A DNA stretch of 64,000 nt, taken from positions 19,592,001-19,656,000 of the forward strand of contig NC_043001.1 of the NCBI RefSeq assembly GCF_006345805.1. The letters run 5' to 3'. Positions 1 to 12,354 of the stretch are shown here, one piece after another. Every line of letters starts with the position of its first letter. Position 1 is the stretch's first letter. Made by a program: the position numbers and the translations under genes. The stretch is from Octopus sinensis (lineage: Eukaryota). Under the pieces are notes generated by a model, which did not search any database, had not been told where the DNA came from, and was given only the letters and a program-made list of their open reading frames with translations.

Positions 1-888
1 ATAAAAGTGTACTTTCATTTTCAATGTATTTACAAATTTAATTATAAGATAATTAACAATCAATCTAAAAATGCCCTGTCTACATTTATAAATGTGTTTA
101 TTAAATAGGGAGAGTTTACGAAACAAACAAGACGAAGACAGGTGGTGTACAAAATAAAGAGATGTATTAGCATAATGCTCAGGAATAGAAAAAGTCTTTT
201 ACGTTTCAAGCCTACGCTCTTCTACAGAAAGGGACACAGAGAAAACAAGGAGAGAAAAAAATGTGTGTAGTGGCTAAAGATCTATCATGGCGACTGTTTA
301 TTAAATATATCCTTAAATACCATATTAAATTTTATACTTTATTTGGAGAGAGAAGTGGGGACAGCTACAGAGAAATTTAACTCAAAATGATGTTTTCAAA
401 GTTTCTCTCAACAATTATGTAATACTCTGAATAAAAGTCAGACAGGTCCTAAGTCCATAGGTTTGTTCAGTCAGGGTGGGCATGGGTCCTGAACAACATT
501 TTCAGACACTTAATCTGGTTGTCTTTGTTTTGATTTCTTTCTTCCATTACAATTAATCTTGAAATCGTTAATCTTAGTTTTCCTTTATTTGATAAACATC
601 TTTAGCAATTTGATGCTAATCATATATTAATTATAAGAATAATGGATATGGAAGATATTTAGTTTGGTTTTTTTTCATTTCCATGTTGATTTGAAGATTT
701 TATTTTAATGAACAGAGGAGTAACATATCGATTGTGATAGTTTTACTTAATTAACTTTAGTCATATCAAGATTAATAGAATTGCTAGAGCAGTGGACATT
801 TAAGAAAACTGAGGAAAGAATTTTCTAGAAAGCTCAACAGAGAAATGATGTGCCTGAGAAGAAAAGCAGGTGACACATTTAAAGGTCT

Positions 889-1455
889 TCATCATCATCA
901 TCATCATCATCGTCGTTTAACGTCCGCTTTCCATGCTAGCATGGGTTGGACGGTTTGACTGTGGGCCGGCGAACCAGATGGCTGCACCAGGCTTCAATCT
1001 TGATCTGGCAGAGTTTCTACAGCTGGATGCCCTTCCTAATGCCAACCACTCCGAGAGTGTAGTGGGTGCTTTTAGATGCCACCGGCACGGGAGCCAGTCA
1101 GGTGGTACTGGCAACGACCTCGTTCGAATTTTTTTACACATGCCAACGGCACAGGTGCCAGTAAGGCGATGGTGGTAACAATCCCACTCAAATGGTGCCC
1201 TTTTATGTGCCACGGGTACGGAAGCCAGTTAGCTGCTTTGGCAACGATCATGCTCGGATGGTGCTCTTAGCACCCTACTAGAACAGGGCACAAGTACCAG
1301 TAAGGTGAGGCTGGCAACGATCACACTCGAATGGTGCCTTTTATGTGCCACTCTGTCAACGATCACGCTCGTACGGTGCTCATGCCCGTCATCGAATTTC
1401 ACTTTGATTTTGATTTCGATTTCACTTGCCTCAACAGGTCTTCGCAAGCAGAGTT
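889..1455 (-). mobile_element. SINE-D (RTE-related short retroposon with (ATG)n tail and internal GTGCCACCGGCAC repeats)
   Basis: Conserved 3' block TTTCCATGCTAGCATGGGTTGGACG recurring about 10 times in the window. Confidence 0.75.
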
Positions 1456-2183
1456 TTGATAGACTAAATCGATCTTAGGATGGTGTTTCAGTGATATTTT
1501 ATTTACACATTTGTTTGACTTTAAAACAAGGTTAACAGTATCAGTGAAGTAGTGGTATTGATTTAGTGACTGTATCCACCCAATAATTTATGACCGTTAG
1601 CCAATTGTAGTAATGTACCAATATCAACTAACCAGGAATGAATTGCAATAAGTACCTATATATAATCACTGCCTGGTAATTGATGAATACATCAAAAACT
1701 CAAGGACTGCTATATACTTCAATATAGAAAAAACAGTGGTTCAAGATAGACTGTACATTATATTTAAAAACTCTCAAATTGTTTCTAATTAGTAGCTAGT
1801 AAATTTTTCCTACTGCTGACTGAAAATGAAGTTTAAAGTGTATGTGGAACTACAGTAAACTATCACCCCATTCAAAGTATCACTACCATCTTTGAATAAT
1901 CACTATATTGGTTACTTATAGATATTAGATGTACTGCTCAATCTGTAGAAAAGGTGTAGGTAGAAACTCCATAAGATGTACCCAGTGTAAGCTACGGACA
2001 CACAAGAGGTGCAACAACATCAACAGAAGATAGCTTTCATGTGTGGCAGATGCTAACTTAATGTATTCTATTGATTTAAAATTTCAATAATTTATAACAT
2101 TACCTAGCTAACTTTTTCCATTATTCAGCTCATGTACAGCATATAGAACTTTTGTTTTTAAAATTATAATGGATAGCTTTAAT

Positions 2184-2704
2184 TTAACCTATTGCCTGCC
2201 ATGGGCCCCATTTGAGGATCTGTTAAAAACAGTCTCACTGCTGGTTGTTCATTGTATTTAAAGTGAATTGCTTATGTACATTGAATTTGCAGAGGTGTGT
2301 TTAACAATATTTAGTAGTTAAAGTTTGTCATTATTAGCTCTGGCTAATTCTAGAGGACATTTCATGTCATAAACTGCAATTTTTGAACAACAAAAATATT
2401 GACTGTTTTGAAAACGTTTTTTTTTTTTGCCTCTCCCATCAATATCATTCATTGATATTTCATACACATTTGCATTTGATATTATAGTTTCAGAAAAACT
2501 ATAAATGTTTATTATTGCAATTGAATAGAAAAGGATAAATATGCTATTTTTCAGTAATCTCCATTTGGACTTTTTGAAAAATTTATAATTTCCAAAATAA
2601 TTCACATATGAAGAAAATTTAAATACTATATATTATTTTAACTTCTAAGACACCTAGCAAAACCAGAAAATATGAATAAAAAAAATTGGCAGTTAATGGG
2701 TTAA
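2184..2704. mobile_element. Possible old piggyBac-type relic
   Basis: TTAA-CCTATTGCCTGCCA ... TGGCAGTTAATGGG-TTAA imperfect termini. Confidence 0.35.
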
Positions 2705-2954
2705 ATGTAGAGATTTTAAAACAGCAGATTTCATATCATGAAAACAAAGGCAGTTTCAGATAAGTTGATATAAAAAGGACTAATTGGATGTTTTAACCCT
2801 ATAATACCTAAATTACCAATATTTAGAAATCAAATCAAGATTTTCCAGATCTAAAAAAAAAGTTTTTTAACATAGACACACTAACGAATGAATGAATGAA
2901 CAAATATATGTATGTATGTATGGATGGATGGATTAATGATTTCAAATTTTTGCT

Positions 2955-3152
2955 ACAAGGGCAGCTTGTGAGAGGGGATTAAGTCGATTACATCGACCCC
3001 AGTTTGTAACTGATACTTATTTAATTGACCCCCGAAAGGATAAAAAGCAAAGTCGACTTCAGCAGAATTTGAACTCAAAACGTAGCAGCACACAAAATAC
3101 TGCAAAACATTTCGCTTGGCATGCAAACAATTCTGCCAGCTCGCTGCTTTGC
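2955..3152 (-). mobile_element. SINE-A (tRNA-derived head GGCGGCGAGCTGGCAGAA)
   Basis: B-box-like GAGTTCAAATTCC; multi-copy in the window. Confidence 0.75.
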
Positions 3153-3284
3153 ACACATGCAATAATATTGATCAAATGTAAAAACTTCTTGCAGTTCATT
3201 CAAGCTTTAAATATTGTCATTTTCTTCCCATAAGAGCACCATATCTGAAGGTTCGAGAATCATTAATCGGCATTCTAGACATTC

Positions 3285-3519
3285 CAAGGTGGCGAGCTGG
3301 TAGAATCGTTAGCACATCAGGCAAGATGCATAGCCATATTTCGTCTGCCGCTACGTTCTGAGTTCAAATTCCGCCGAGGTCAACTTTGCCTTTCATCCTT
3401 TCAGGGTCGATTAAATAAGTACCAGTTACGCACTAGGGTCGATATAATTGACTTAATCCGTATGTCTGTCCTTGTTTGTTCTCTCTGTGTTTAGCCCCTT
3501 GTGGGTAGTGAAGAAATAG
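3285..3519 (+). mobile_element. SINE-A
   Basis: Full head-to-tail match ending AAAGAAATA. Confidence 0.8.
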
Positions 3520-3612
3520 GCATTCTAGACTTTTTGAAAGAAATACAAAATTCACCCCTTTAATTCAGAGATAATATAGATTAATAAAATGGTAATGTAG
3601 GAAATAACTTAC

Positions 3613-3663
3613 CAGAAGATGTTCTGCTGGCACACCTGCGAGTTATCTTGATCCAGCCATTCC
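3613..3663 (-). CDS. Gene A exon 3: (W)NGWIKITRRCASRTSS(G)
   Basis: Acceptor after a pyrimidine tract (cctctttctctctcaag|), donor G|gtaagt, 51 nt, in frame with exon 2. Carries the conserved R-x-C motif of the LU domain. The terminal exon (C-x-C...CN) was not found in 1-3600. Confidence 0.85.
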
Positions 3664-3794
3664 CTTGAGAGAGAAAGAGGTTCTTAGTTTAAAATGTGTC
3701 AGATGAGAAATATTTTGAAATCACTGTCTAAAAACTGAAAAGAATCTTTATTGCATGAAGATAGAGCATAAAACAGAAAGGGACATGGCTGAAG

Positions 3795-4042
3795 TATGGA
3801 ACAAACTGCCGGCATCAGTTGTTAGTTGTTGGAGCACTGCATCCTTCAAAACTTCCATGCTTCCTGAGATTCACCAACACTACACCTGACTTTCTTCCCT
3901 CCATATACACGCAAGCATGTATCTGACTCATACACTGTTCACTTTCCAGACATTTGTACATTACTGCATATGCTTTATACGCACTTTTGACAAGTTGTGG
4001 TGCACCTGAGCACTGTATACAATAATTTCATTATTATTATTA
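3795..4042 (+). mobile_element. Short 5'-truncated copy of the same CR1
   Basis: Co-linear with 35785-36024. Confidence 0.75.
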
Positions 4043-4290
4043 ATGTCTAGCGTGTTCAGCCTACAATCACAAGGTTTGATTCCTGACAGCATTTTGTGTC
4101 CTTGAGCAAGACACTTTATCACTCATTGCTCCACTCTACTCAGCTGGCAAAAATGAGTTGTACCTGTACTTCAAAGGACCATTCTTGTCATGCTGAATCT
4201 CCCTGAGAACTATGTTAAGGATACATGTGTCTGTGAAGTGGTCAGCCACTTGCATGATCATTTCATGAGCAGGTTATTTAGTTGATCGTA
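4040..4290 (+). mobile_element. Degenerate SINE-C
   Basis: Residual head and GAGAACTATGTTAAGG core. Confidence 0.5.
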
Positions 4291-4539
4291 AATGATGGAG
4301 AGTCAGGCCAGTGCATCTACAACTGATAACATTAAGTAATTTAAATAGTAGCTATTACTGAATTTATCTTTAATTGTGGAGGGAACCTGTGGAAGAGGTA
4401 GACTCAGGAAGACATTAGATGAAGTGGTGAAGCATGATCTTCAATTCATTGAGTCTTATGGAGGTAAAAACAAGTGATTGAAACCTTGGTGGTTTGCTGT
4501 GCTTGAGAAGACTCATCAAGCCAAGTGATATCATAGTTA

Positions 4540-4836
4540 TGGTCAGTGCCAGTGACACATAACAGGCACCCTTGCTGGTGACATGTAAACAGGAACATGC
4601 ACCAGTGATATATAAAAGGTATCCATGCTGGTGACACATGAAAGGTACCCATGTCAGTGACATGTAGAAGGCAACCACTTCACTCTTGGAATAGTTGGCA
4701 TTAGGAAGGGTATCCAGCTGTAGAAACCAAACCAAATCAGACTGGAACCTGCTACAGATTCTCCAGCTTACCAGTTCCAGTCAAACCGTCTAACCCATGC
4801 CAGTATGGAAGGCAAACACTAAATGATGATGATGAT
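4540..4836 (+). mobile_element. SINE-D
   Basis: Ends ...AAATGATGATGATG. Confidence 0.7.
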
Positions 4837-5194
4837 TTTTAACATCCAGCTAGCCTCAAGCTATCACCAGTTAGCCCTCTTTTCAGGTGCGTTATAACCA
4901 ATGTGCCAGAAAAGAAGATTAGGTAGATGGTAATACTGTAATACATACAATAAATGAATTAAACACTGTATGTCACAATGCGCAGTATGATCCCCAGTTA
5001 GATGGTAATATAGTTTATCTAGAAACATGGAAAATAGTCATTTACCAGTTTTGTGCATTTAGGTCTGCTCAATTACTAGCTGCACTAAATGGGCAGGTGC
5101 ATTGTCGGCCGAAAGCAGTTTTGGCACAAACTTGGCAGACACACATCTCATACCCAAAACTTCAGTGATAATAGACTGAATTGAACCATAACTA

Positions 5195-5440
5195 ATCTGC
5201 ACATCCTCTGATAACTCACGGATGGGGATTCAACAATTTTCCCTTACAGCTGCATGCACATCTGTGATGTTTTTCTCAGTTCTGTTGGTTGCAGGTCTCC
5301 CAGAACGTTTATCACTCTTGACATTTTTTTGGCTCATACACTCCTCTCCATACACTTCCTGCAACTTTGCATTGGCCCCTGAGCTGGCATCGCCAAGCTT
5401 TTGGCAAAAGTTGATGCAGATTCATGGTCAATGCAACAAT
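5195..5440 (-). mobile_element. Decayed mariner transposase N-terminal fragment
   Basis: Manual translation with frameshifts gives FCQKLG..KLQEVYGEECMS..SDKRSGRPAT..ENITDVHAAVREN, a mariner HTH motif. Confidence 0.6.
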
Positions 5441-6307
5441 CACATGCTACACACCTTCCTACCAAGCACTGTTGTAAACAGCAGAAGTGAGCTAGAACAT
5501 TAAAACTTAGTGCACATGGACAGCAGAGTTCAAGGTCAATCTGTGCCTAGCTGCTTCACTCTGCATGATTTAGCTGCATTACTATGGCAACAGTCCGAAT
5601 ACTTATTGATCAGACCACGTATTCTATCAGCCTCTTTTGCCGAACCATAAGGTTACAAGGTTATAAAAATAACCACAACACTTTTCAAATGATATGCAGG
5701 GACAAACAGTGACACAAAGACATACACACATACATATATTCAGACACATACATACACACACACACACACACATATATGTATGTGTGTGTGTGTGTGTGTG
5801 ATTTTTCAGAAATACAGCACTGAATGTTCCAAGTGCAGTTGAATGCTTAACCACAATGGGTCAAGAAAGCACTAATGCATTCTATTACAGAGATAAAATG
5901 TCAAACTGTACACATAAGATACACTATTTTCATGTGTGTGTGTGGATGCATGATGGAATTCCATATGGCTTCCATCTACCAAATAGAAGAAGACACTTGT
6001 TCAGTGTCATACAGTGAGATTGAACCCAAAACCACATGGTTGAGAAGCAAGCATCTTAACACAGCCTGCACCTATGGTTAATAATTATATTTGAAGTTTT
6101 TAAGCCCAGGTCAACTCTGATTAAGTAGAAATATCATGAAAATATTTCAGCTGTAACCATTCCTTTTTATTTATTTTATTTCCAAGACAGTAAAATGTTA
6201 AATTCAAGGGTATTTAATTGCTATTTCTAGCAAGTCAAGTGACCTCATAGAGGCAACCTCAGCATGTAAAATTCATCTTTAAATACTTGTGTATTCATTT
6301 TACTTAC

Positions 6308-6469
6308 ATCCAGGGCTTTGCTGGTACCTTTTCATGCAAAACTGCCCAGGTACATTTGCTTCGAAGCTATTACAATCAATTAAACCATTAACTTTAGTAT
6401 CAAATGCCTCCGATGATGGACAAGAAATATCTTCATTGCTGTCACATTGGTAACACTGTATGGCAATAC
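6308..6469 (-). CDS. Gene A exon 2: (G)IAIQCYQCDSNEDISCPSSEAFDTKVNGLIDCNSFEANVPGQFCMKRYQQSPG
   Basis: Acceptor tttcgttttag|, donor T|gtaagt, 162 nt open, phase 1-1. CxxC start and Cys spacing match LU/QVR-type domains. Confidence 0.9.
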
Positions 6470-6778
6470 CTAAAACGAAAGCAAATTAAATAAAAAGCAC
6501 ATTAGCATCAATGATTCAATACAAAATTACAATTTCTATGAACAGAGAACAATAAGCGTTTTTTGTCTTGCTTTTTGTTTTTTTAGATATTTCCCTCATA
6601 TTTTATTGGTTTTTTTTTTTATTTCTCTCTTCATGAAATATTTTAATACGATACTGGTTTGAGAGAAAAGAATGATGGCAATTCTTGAATAGATATCCAA
6701 AGTGAAATTTCAACAATCCTTGAGTTATATCATTCTTTAAATACTGTAATTTTTTAAGAAAATTTGCATTCTTATATC

Positions 6779-7007
6779 TTAACCCTTTCATTACTGTATT
6801 TATTTTGAGATGCTCTGTGTTTCTTTTAATTACTTTAAGTATAACAAAGAATTTAGTAAAATAACCTAATTATCATTAAGCTAGTGTTAGGAACATAAAT
6901 TGTGACTAAGGTTTGGTGGAAGATTTTAATTCAAAACTTATGAAAACAAGATATTTGTACTACAGAGCCAGAGGTGGTTTCAGCTGGGCTGGTAACAAAA
7001 GAGTTAA
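6779..7007. mobile_element. piggyBac-type MITE
   Basis: TTAA-CCCTTTCATTAC...GTAACAAAAGAG-TTAA. A second copy lies at 45408-45634. Confidence 0.7.
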
Positions 7008-8085
7008 TCAAAAACATTAGCATAGATAACATGATTTACAGTAAAGTTTAATTATTGTTCCTCTAGCATACTTTCACTTCATTATCAACATCATCATCCT
7101 CTAACATCTGTTTTCCTTGCTGGCATGTGTTGGACGGTTTGACCAGAGCTGACATGCTGTACCAGGTTTCAGTCTGGTTTGCCTTGATTTCTACATCTAG
7201 ATGCCCTTCCTAAGGCCAACCACTTTATAGTGTGTGCTGGGTGCTTTTAACATGGTGCTGGTATGGGCACTTTAACGTGGCACTGGCACAAGACTCTCAC
7301 AGGACAATCCCCTTTAGCAGGGGCAGCGAGGAGGAGTAGCCTTAATATTGCTGCTATGGAGGAGGGGTCTTCTTGAGTACAGCAATGTGCCTGACATCTT
7401 GGCCCTTTATCATCTCATCTGAAAGACTCAGTGTCCTGAGGTTGCCTTCAGTGCCTTGTCCCATGTCTTCCTGGGTCTCCCTTTTCCAAGAGTTCCATCT
7501 ACTTTAAGGGATCAGCAGTTCTTCATGGAGCTCTCAGCATCCATATGCATCTGCAAATACTCGGTGACCTCACTAGTGCCATGAAAATGCTCCCAGTACA
7601 CTCTATAAAGTGGTTAGGAAGAGCATCCAGCTGTAGAAACCATACCAAAGCAGACAATGGCGCTCATTGTAGTCCTCTGGTTAATCAGTTCATGTCAAAT
7701 CATCCAACCCATGCTAGCATGGAAAGACAATGTTCAATGATGTTGAAGAGAGAATTCTAGAAAAATATTACAAATACTGTAACTGTTACAACTAAAGTAA
7801 ATCTCAACTGGTTCCTCTCTATTTGGAAACAGAATCATTATTGTTGTTTAACACCAGGTCAGCTCTGGTCAAACAGACCAATGATCAATGACACTGCAAC
7901 CATGAAAATTTTTTTTTTTTTAGATGTAGCTGATGTTAGAGTACTTTATCCAAATTATATCCTTACATTTTTTGAAAACAGAAGAGCGTGATTTGAGAGA
8001 GAGTTGTCTGTTAGATACAAGTGGAAATTATTCGGTGCCATTTTGTTGTGACTCTCAATTATTTGTAATTCACTTTTACATCAGC

Positions 8086-8490
8086 ACCATCATCATCATC
8101 GTTTAATGTCCATTCTCCATGCTAGCATGGGTTGGACAGTTCGACCAGGGTCTGGGAAGCCAGAAGGCTGCACCAGGCTCCAGTCTGATCTGGCGGTGTT
8201 TCTACAGCTGGATGCCCTTCCTAACGCCAACCCTTCTGTGAGTGTAGTGGGTGCTTTTTATGTGCCACCGGCACAGGTGCTAGGCAAGGCTGGCAACGGC
8301 CCGATCGGTTGGTGCATTTTATGTCTCACCAGTACGGAGGCCAGTCAAGGCAGCGCTGGCAACAGCCACATTCGGATGGTTCTTTTACGTACCACCGGCA
8401 CTGGTATCACAACTACAATTTCCATTGATTTTTTATTGATTTCGATTTCACTTGCCTCAACAGGTCTTCGCAAGCAGAGTTTTGTGTCCC
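8086..8490 (-). mobile_element. SINE-D
   Basis: Co-linear with 889-1455. Further degenerate pieces at 7085-7745 include an RTE C-terminus (GRPRKTW). Confidence 0.75.
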
Positions 8491-8924
8491 AAATATATGA
8501 ACTCTGCCTGTGTCTCTTGCCTGAATTCATCATCATTACTATTTTAGAACTGCTTTCTATCATGACATGGATCAGTCAAATATCAGTGACACACCACCAC
8601 TTGGTTATAGATCCTCACTATCAGACAAACACCACCAGAGAAATCTGTCAATCACTGTTGCTGTATATGTCATGCTTTGACATGGTTTCCATGGCTTGAT
8701 GTCCCATCTATCATTAACCATTTTACAGCATAAATTTCATGCATTTTATCATGAGCCCAATACTACAGAGGTTATTTGCAACAAGACTAAAGCATCCCAC
8801 TTCTACTTTGTAACAGATTTTATTTGAAGTTAACTACTCTCCTAACCTAGATACTTTTTCTGTGACTAAAGAGTTTCCCCTCTATCTTGTATCAGTTTTT
8901 ATTTGATATTACTACACAGACTCT

Positions 8925-9085
8925 TACTTGTTTCAGCCATTTAGTTGACTGCGGCCAGGACTTATTCTTTGTAAGCCTAGTACTTATTCTATCGGTCACT
9001 TTTGCCGAACCGCTAAGTTACGGGGACGTAAACACACCAGCATCGGTTGTCAAGTGATGTTAGGGGGGCAAACACTGACATACAA

Positions 9086-9100
<15 letters not shown>
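8925..9100 (-). mobile_element. SINE-B 3' half
   Basis: Matches the GGTTCGGCAAAAG..GATAGAATAAGTACTAGGC block. Confidence 0.7.
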
Positions 9101-9135
<35 letters not shown>

Positions 9136-9136
<1 letters not shown>

Positions 9137-9205
9137 AGTTTAAAAGTGTTTAGTTACGTGGAAATTATTTTTAAAAACTGCCGTTCAAACCAAAACGATA
9201 CATCA
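9136..9205. mobile_element. Terminal fragment of the hAT MITE
   Basis: Matches the right end ...gtggaaattatttttaaaaactgccgttcaaacc. Confidence 0.6.
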
Positions 9206-9995
9206 TCTTTTCTTTTTCATACATACAGTGTATCCACAATCAGGTTATCCTATTGATACTGCTTTTCCAAGAATATTAGACATGGTTTGAGGTAGGACTG
9301 CCTTAACAACATTTATAGCCCCACCACCTGGACAATGTACTACACTGGCATCCCTAAATGCACAGCAACAGCATCATTGGGCCCTCAGTGACCCCAGGGA
9401 ACTGACCAGTTCGCCCACGCTTTAAGATGGAACAGGTTTGAGAAAGATATGGTTATTATTTCTAGCAGGACAAGTGGACAGCGCAGAGGTCCAATGAGTC
9501 GCAGGTGAGAATTGTATTTGTTGTTGTGTAGCCTTAAATCTGCTTCTTCATTTAGCAAACCTATGATCAAAGGCGTTCCAGTTGTGACCATCTCGTTTTT
9601 ATTTCAAGGTATAATGCATCAAAGAGTAACTTCAGTGTCATTCGATGTTTAAAGGCAGCAGGGTGTGGTTTGAAGAATTTCTTTCCATTTCTTATAAGTA
9701 ACAACGTCAAGGTTTTCACGATGGCTCATGTGTGTTAGGAGATGAAATTCAATTGAACTAAGGGGATCTGGCTAAACAAGGGAAGTATTATCAACAGAAG
9801 GGACATTCTTTATTGCTAGTGATTAAAACAATGTTTTCAAGGAGATCGCTTTCATAAAAGCAAGAAGCAATAAGACATTTATAACCTGTCATCCATTAAC
9901 AATAAATGACAAATATATAATCGAAGAGACTTACGTGAAGAAATTTGAACGATTTTTCTTTGCTATTCACGGAATTCAGAAATAATTTTTTTTTT

Positions 9996-10445
9996 GGCAA
10001 TCTTTCGTCTCTAGTAGACCTTTCCGTCGATTTCCGTAAAATTTTTTTTTTTTTTTTAAATATGGGCTTGCGGGAACTTTTGAAGTAATGAGAGCGAAAG
10101 AGACTAAGAGAAAGCGATTGTATGAGGAGGGAAGTTCTTTTGAAGTTACCGTGCATGGGAAGCATTGATGGACATGTGTGTGCGTGCGTGTGTGTGTGTG
10201 TGTGTGTGTGTGTTTGATGGGGTGTGGGAGACAGACAGTATGTTGTGTAAGTGAAGTGCTTCTGTTAGTGTGTGTGAAGAGACAGAGAGAGTAATGTGTG
10301 AAAGAGAGAGATAACTGAAATTTTTTACTCGGTGTATGTGTATATGTATGTATATTACTTCAAAAGTTCCCGCAAGCCCATATGTAAAAAAAAAAAATTT
10401 TTTACGGAAATCGACGGAAAGGTCTACTAGAGACGAAAGATCGCC
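9996..10445. mobile_element. Long-TIR MITE (Mutator-like) in gene A intron 1
   Basis: About 92-bp inverted arms (9996-10089 / 10354-10445) starting with GG, flanked on both sides by at least 9 T, compatible with a 9-bp TSD. Confidence 0.65.
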
Positions 10446-11232
10446 TTTTTTTTTTTAAACTACTCGAGCAATTATTACTTAATTTGATTTTAAATGTCGA
10501 TATAAAACAGACTTTGCAATCGAATAAAAACGTCATGATATGGAGATAGAAGTTAATCATTTTGAGTATGGACTATCACAACATAACATGTATTACGCAG
10601 ACAATACACTAATCTTGGATAATTACTTAAATGTTTATTTATATCTTATAAACTAACAAATGCTATTTTCATTAATGAGTGGTAATATATTTAACGACGA
10701 ACACTTTTATTGAAAACTTCGATAATCTAGGGATTTGTTGACTTCGATACTAAGAAAATTGACACAAAGGCAAAATAATATTTTAATTAACAAAACATAT
10801 TGTTACATGATTAAGATTTAAACAAGATTTTGTAGATCGTCTGAACTCCACAAAGACAACATCTGGAGAGTCTTGCCAGATTTTGGTTTGCTTCCTAGGT
10901 TAAGTTATTTGGAAAGTAATATAGGCCTAAACAAAATATTGTAATCCAATGTAACAGTTCAACAAAACCGGGAAATAAGCAAATTATAAGTGTCGCAGGT
11001 GATAAAAATAATATTAATACTAAAGAAATATATAAAGAGAAATATATATCGGTATTTTAAATTACAAGATCAGAAATTAAGAAAATGCAAGTTTAATTAA
11101 CGAATTTACCGAAGAGGAAATGAACATTTGGGAAATAATTCACATAATTTTTGAATTTTATTAAACTGAAAATATTCATCGATTGAAAATTGGATTAGTT
11201 ATTAAGGTAGAAAAATGATATAAACAACCTAC

Positions 11233-11278
11233 CTGGCGGTATAATTGCCAACAAAGTTAAAAGCAAAAGGCAATTCAT
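11233..11278 (-). CDS. Gene A (Ly6/uPAR three-finger protein), coding exon 1: signal peptide MNCLLLLTLLAIIPP+G
   Basis: ATG at 11278, then 15 mostly hydrophobic codons plus 1 nt, then donor G|gtaggt. The phase-1 join to exon 6469 gives ...IPPGIAIQCYQC. Confidence 0.8.
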
Positions 11279-11536
11279 ATCATAAGGTCCGTGCAAAATA
11301 TGGCAGTGCGTAGTTGGAGTACCTGGCTACTGAGACCCCACCTCACCGACTTGACGTACACCAGGTAACAAGGTGATGACAATATTTAATTTAGATGATA
11401 AGTTTTCGAAATAGTTTTTAAAACGTAAATATTTACTTAAAATTATTTAATATGATATTATCAAAGAAATTATGCTTCAAAATTATAAATCACGTTTTGA
11501 AATAGTTTTTTTGTCACAGCAGATATCGTGAATTAT

Positions 11537-11578
11537 ACGCATGCGCGGAGGAGTCTCATTCAGGTGGACAGTCACCTG
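11537..11578. promoter_or_regulatory. Probable gene A proximal promoter: NRF1-like ACGCATGCGC plus inverted E-box pair
   Basis: ACGCATGCGC at 11537-11546, CAGGTG at 11561 and CACCTG at 11573, in a CpG-containing non-repeat patch about 260-300 bp upstream of the ATG. The TSS is not known. Confidence 0.4.
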
Positions 11579-12029
11579 TTGATTAATTTTTTTTTTTTTT
11601 GTTCGGGAATTAGTGTGTCATTCGGTTAATCACAAACTACTTTGATATTGGTGTCTAATTCTTACTTTATTTACGACGAATACTTTTTAAGTTTATATAA
11701 TAAATATGATTCCGTTAATTATTTTTCATGTTTTGTTGTATAAAAACATTTTAAAAGAATGACACATCGTTTTACTATTTAACGGAAACGTCTAGAAAGG
11801 GTGTCAATACTTCATTTATTAGCACCGGGTGTTTACTAATATCATAATAATGATTTCTAACATATATATATATAACTACACACGATTAGGTAGACTTCAA
11901 TATTTGATTTGTACTTATCGTATTGACTGCCGAATTATATAAAAGGCTAAGTTTACCATTACAGGATTTGAGACGGAATTTTGTCAACATTCTGGCAGTC
12001 CACCATCGTTTACTAATATTATTTTTTTT

Positions 12030-12340
12030 ATCTATGCGCCCTTTTCAAGCCTAACCAGGCTCATGGGCCCAGTTTCCCGGTTTCTGTGGCGTATGTGTTC
12101 CCCCCAGCTGGACGGGACGCCAGTCCATCGCAGCGTTACCCAAGAAACAGGAAGAGAGAGTGAGAGAAAGTTGGGGCGAAAGAGTACAACAGGGGTCGCC
12201 ACCACCCCCTGCCGGGGCCTCGTGGAGCTTTTTAGGTGTTTTCGCTCAATAAATACTCACAACATCCGGTCTGGGAATCGAAACCGCGATCTTCCGACCG
12301 CGAGTTCGCTGCCCTAAACACTGGGCCATTGCGCCTCCAC
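12030..12340 (-). mobile_element. SINE-C (head GGAGGCGCAATGGCCCAGTGG)
   Basis: tRNA-like A/B boxes; TSD TACTAATAT. Confidence 0.8.
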
Positions 12341-12354
12341 TACTAATATAATAA

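Noticed and set aside
1-3600. Terminal exon of gene A
   Set aside because: The minus-strand Cys-Asn positions inspected (near 550, 1645 and 2515) lack the C-x-C...CN pattern and a hydrophobic tail; the exon probably lies left of the window.
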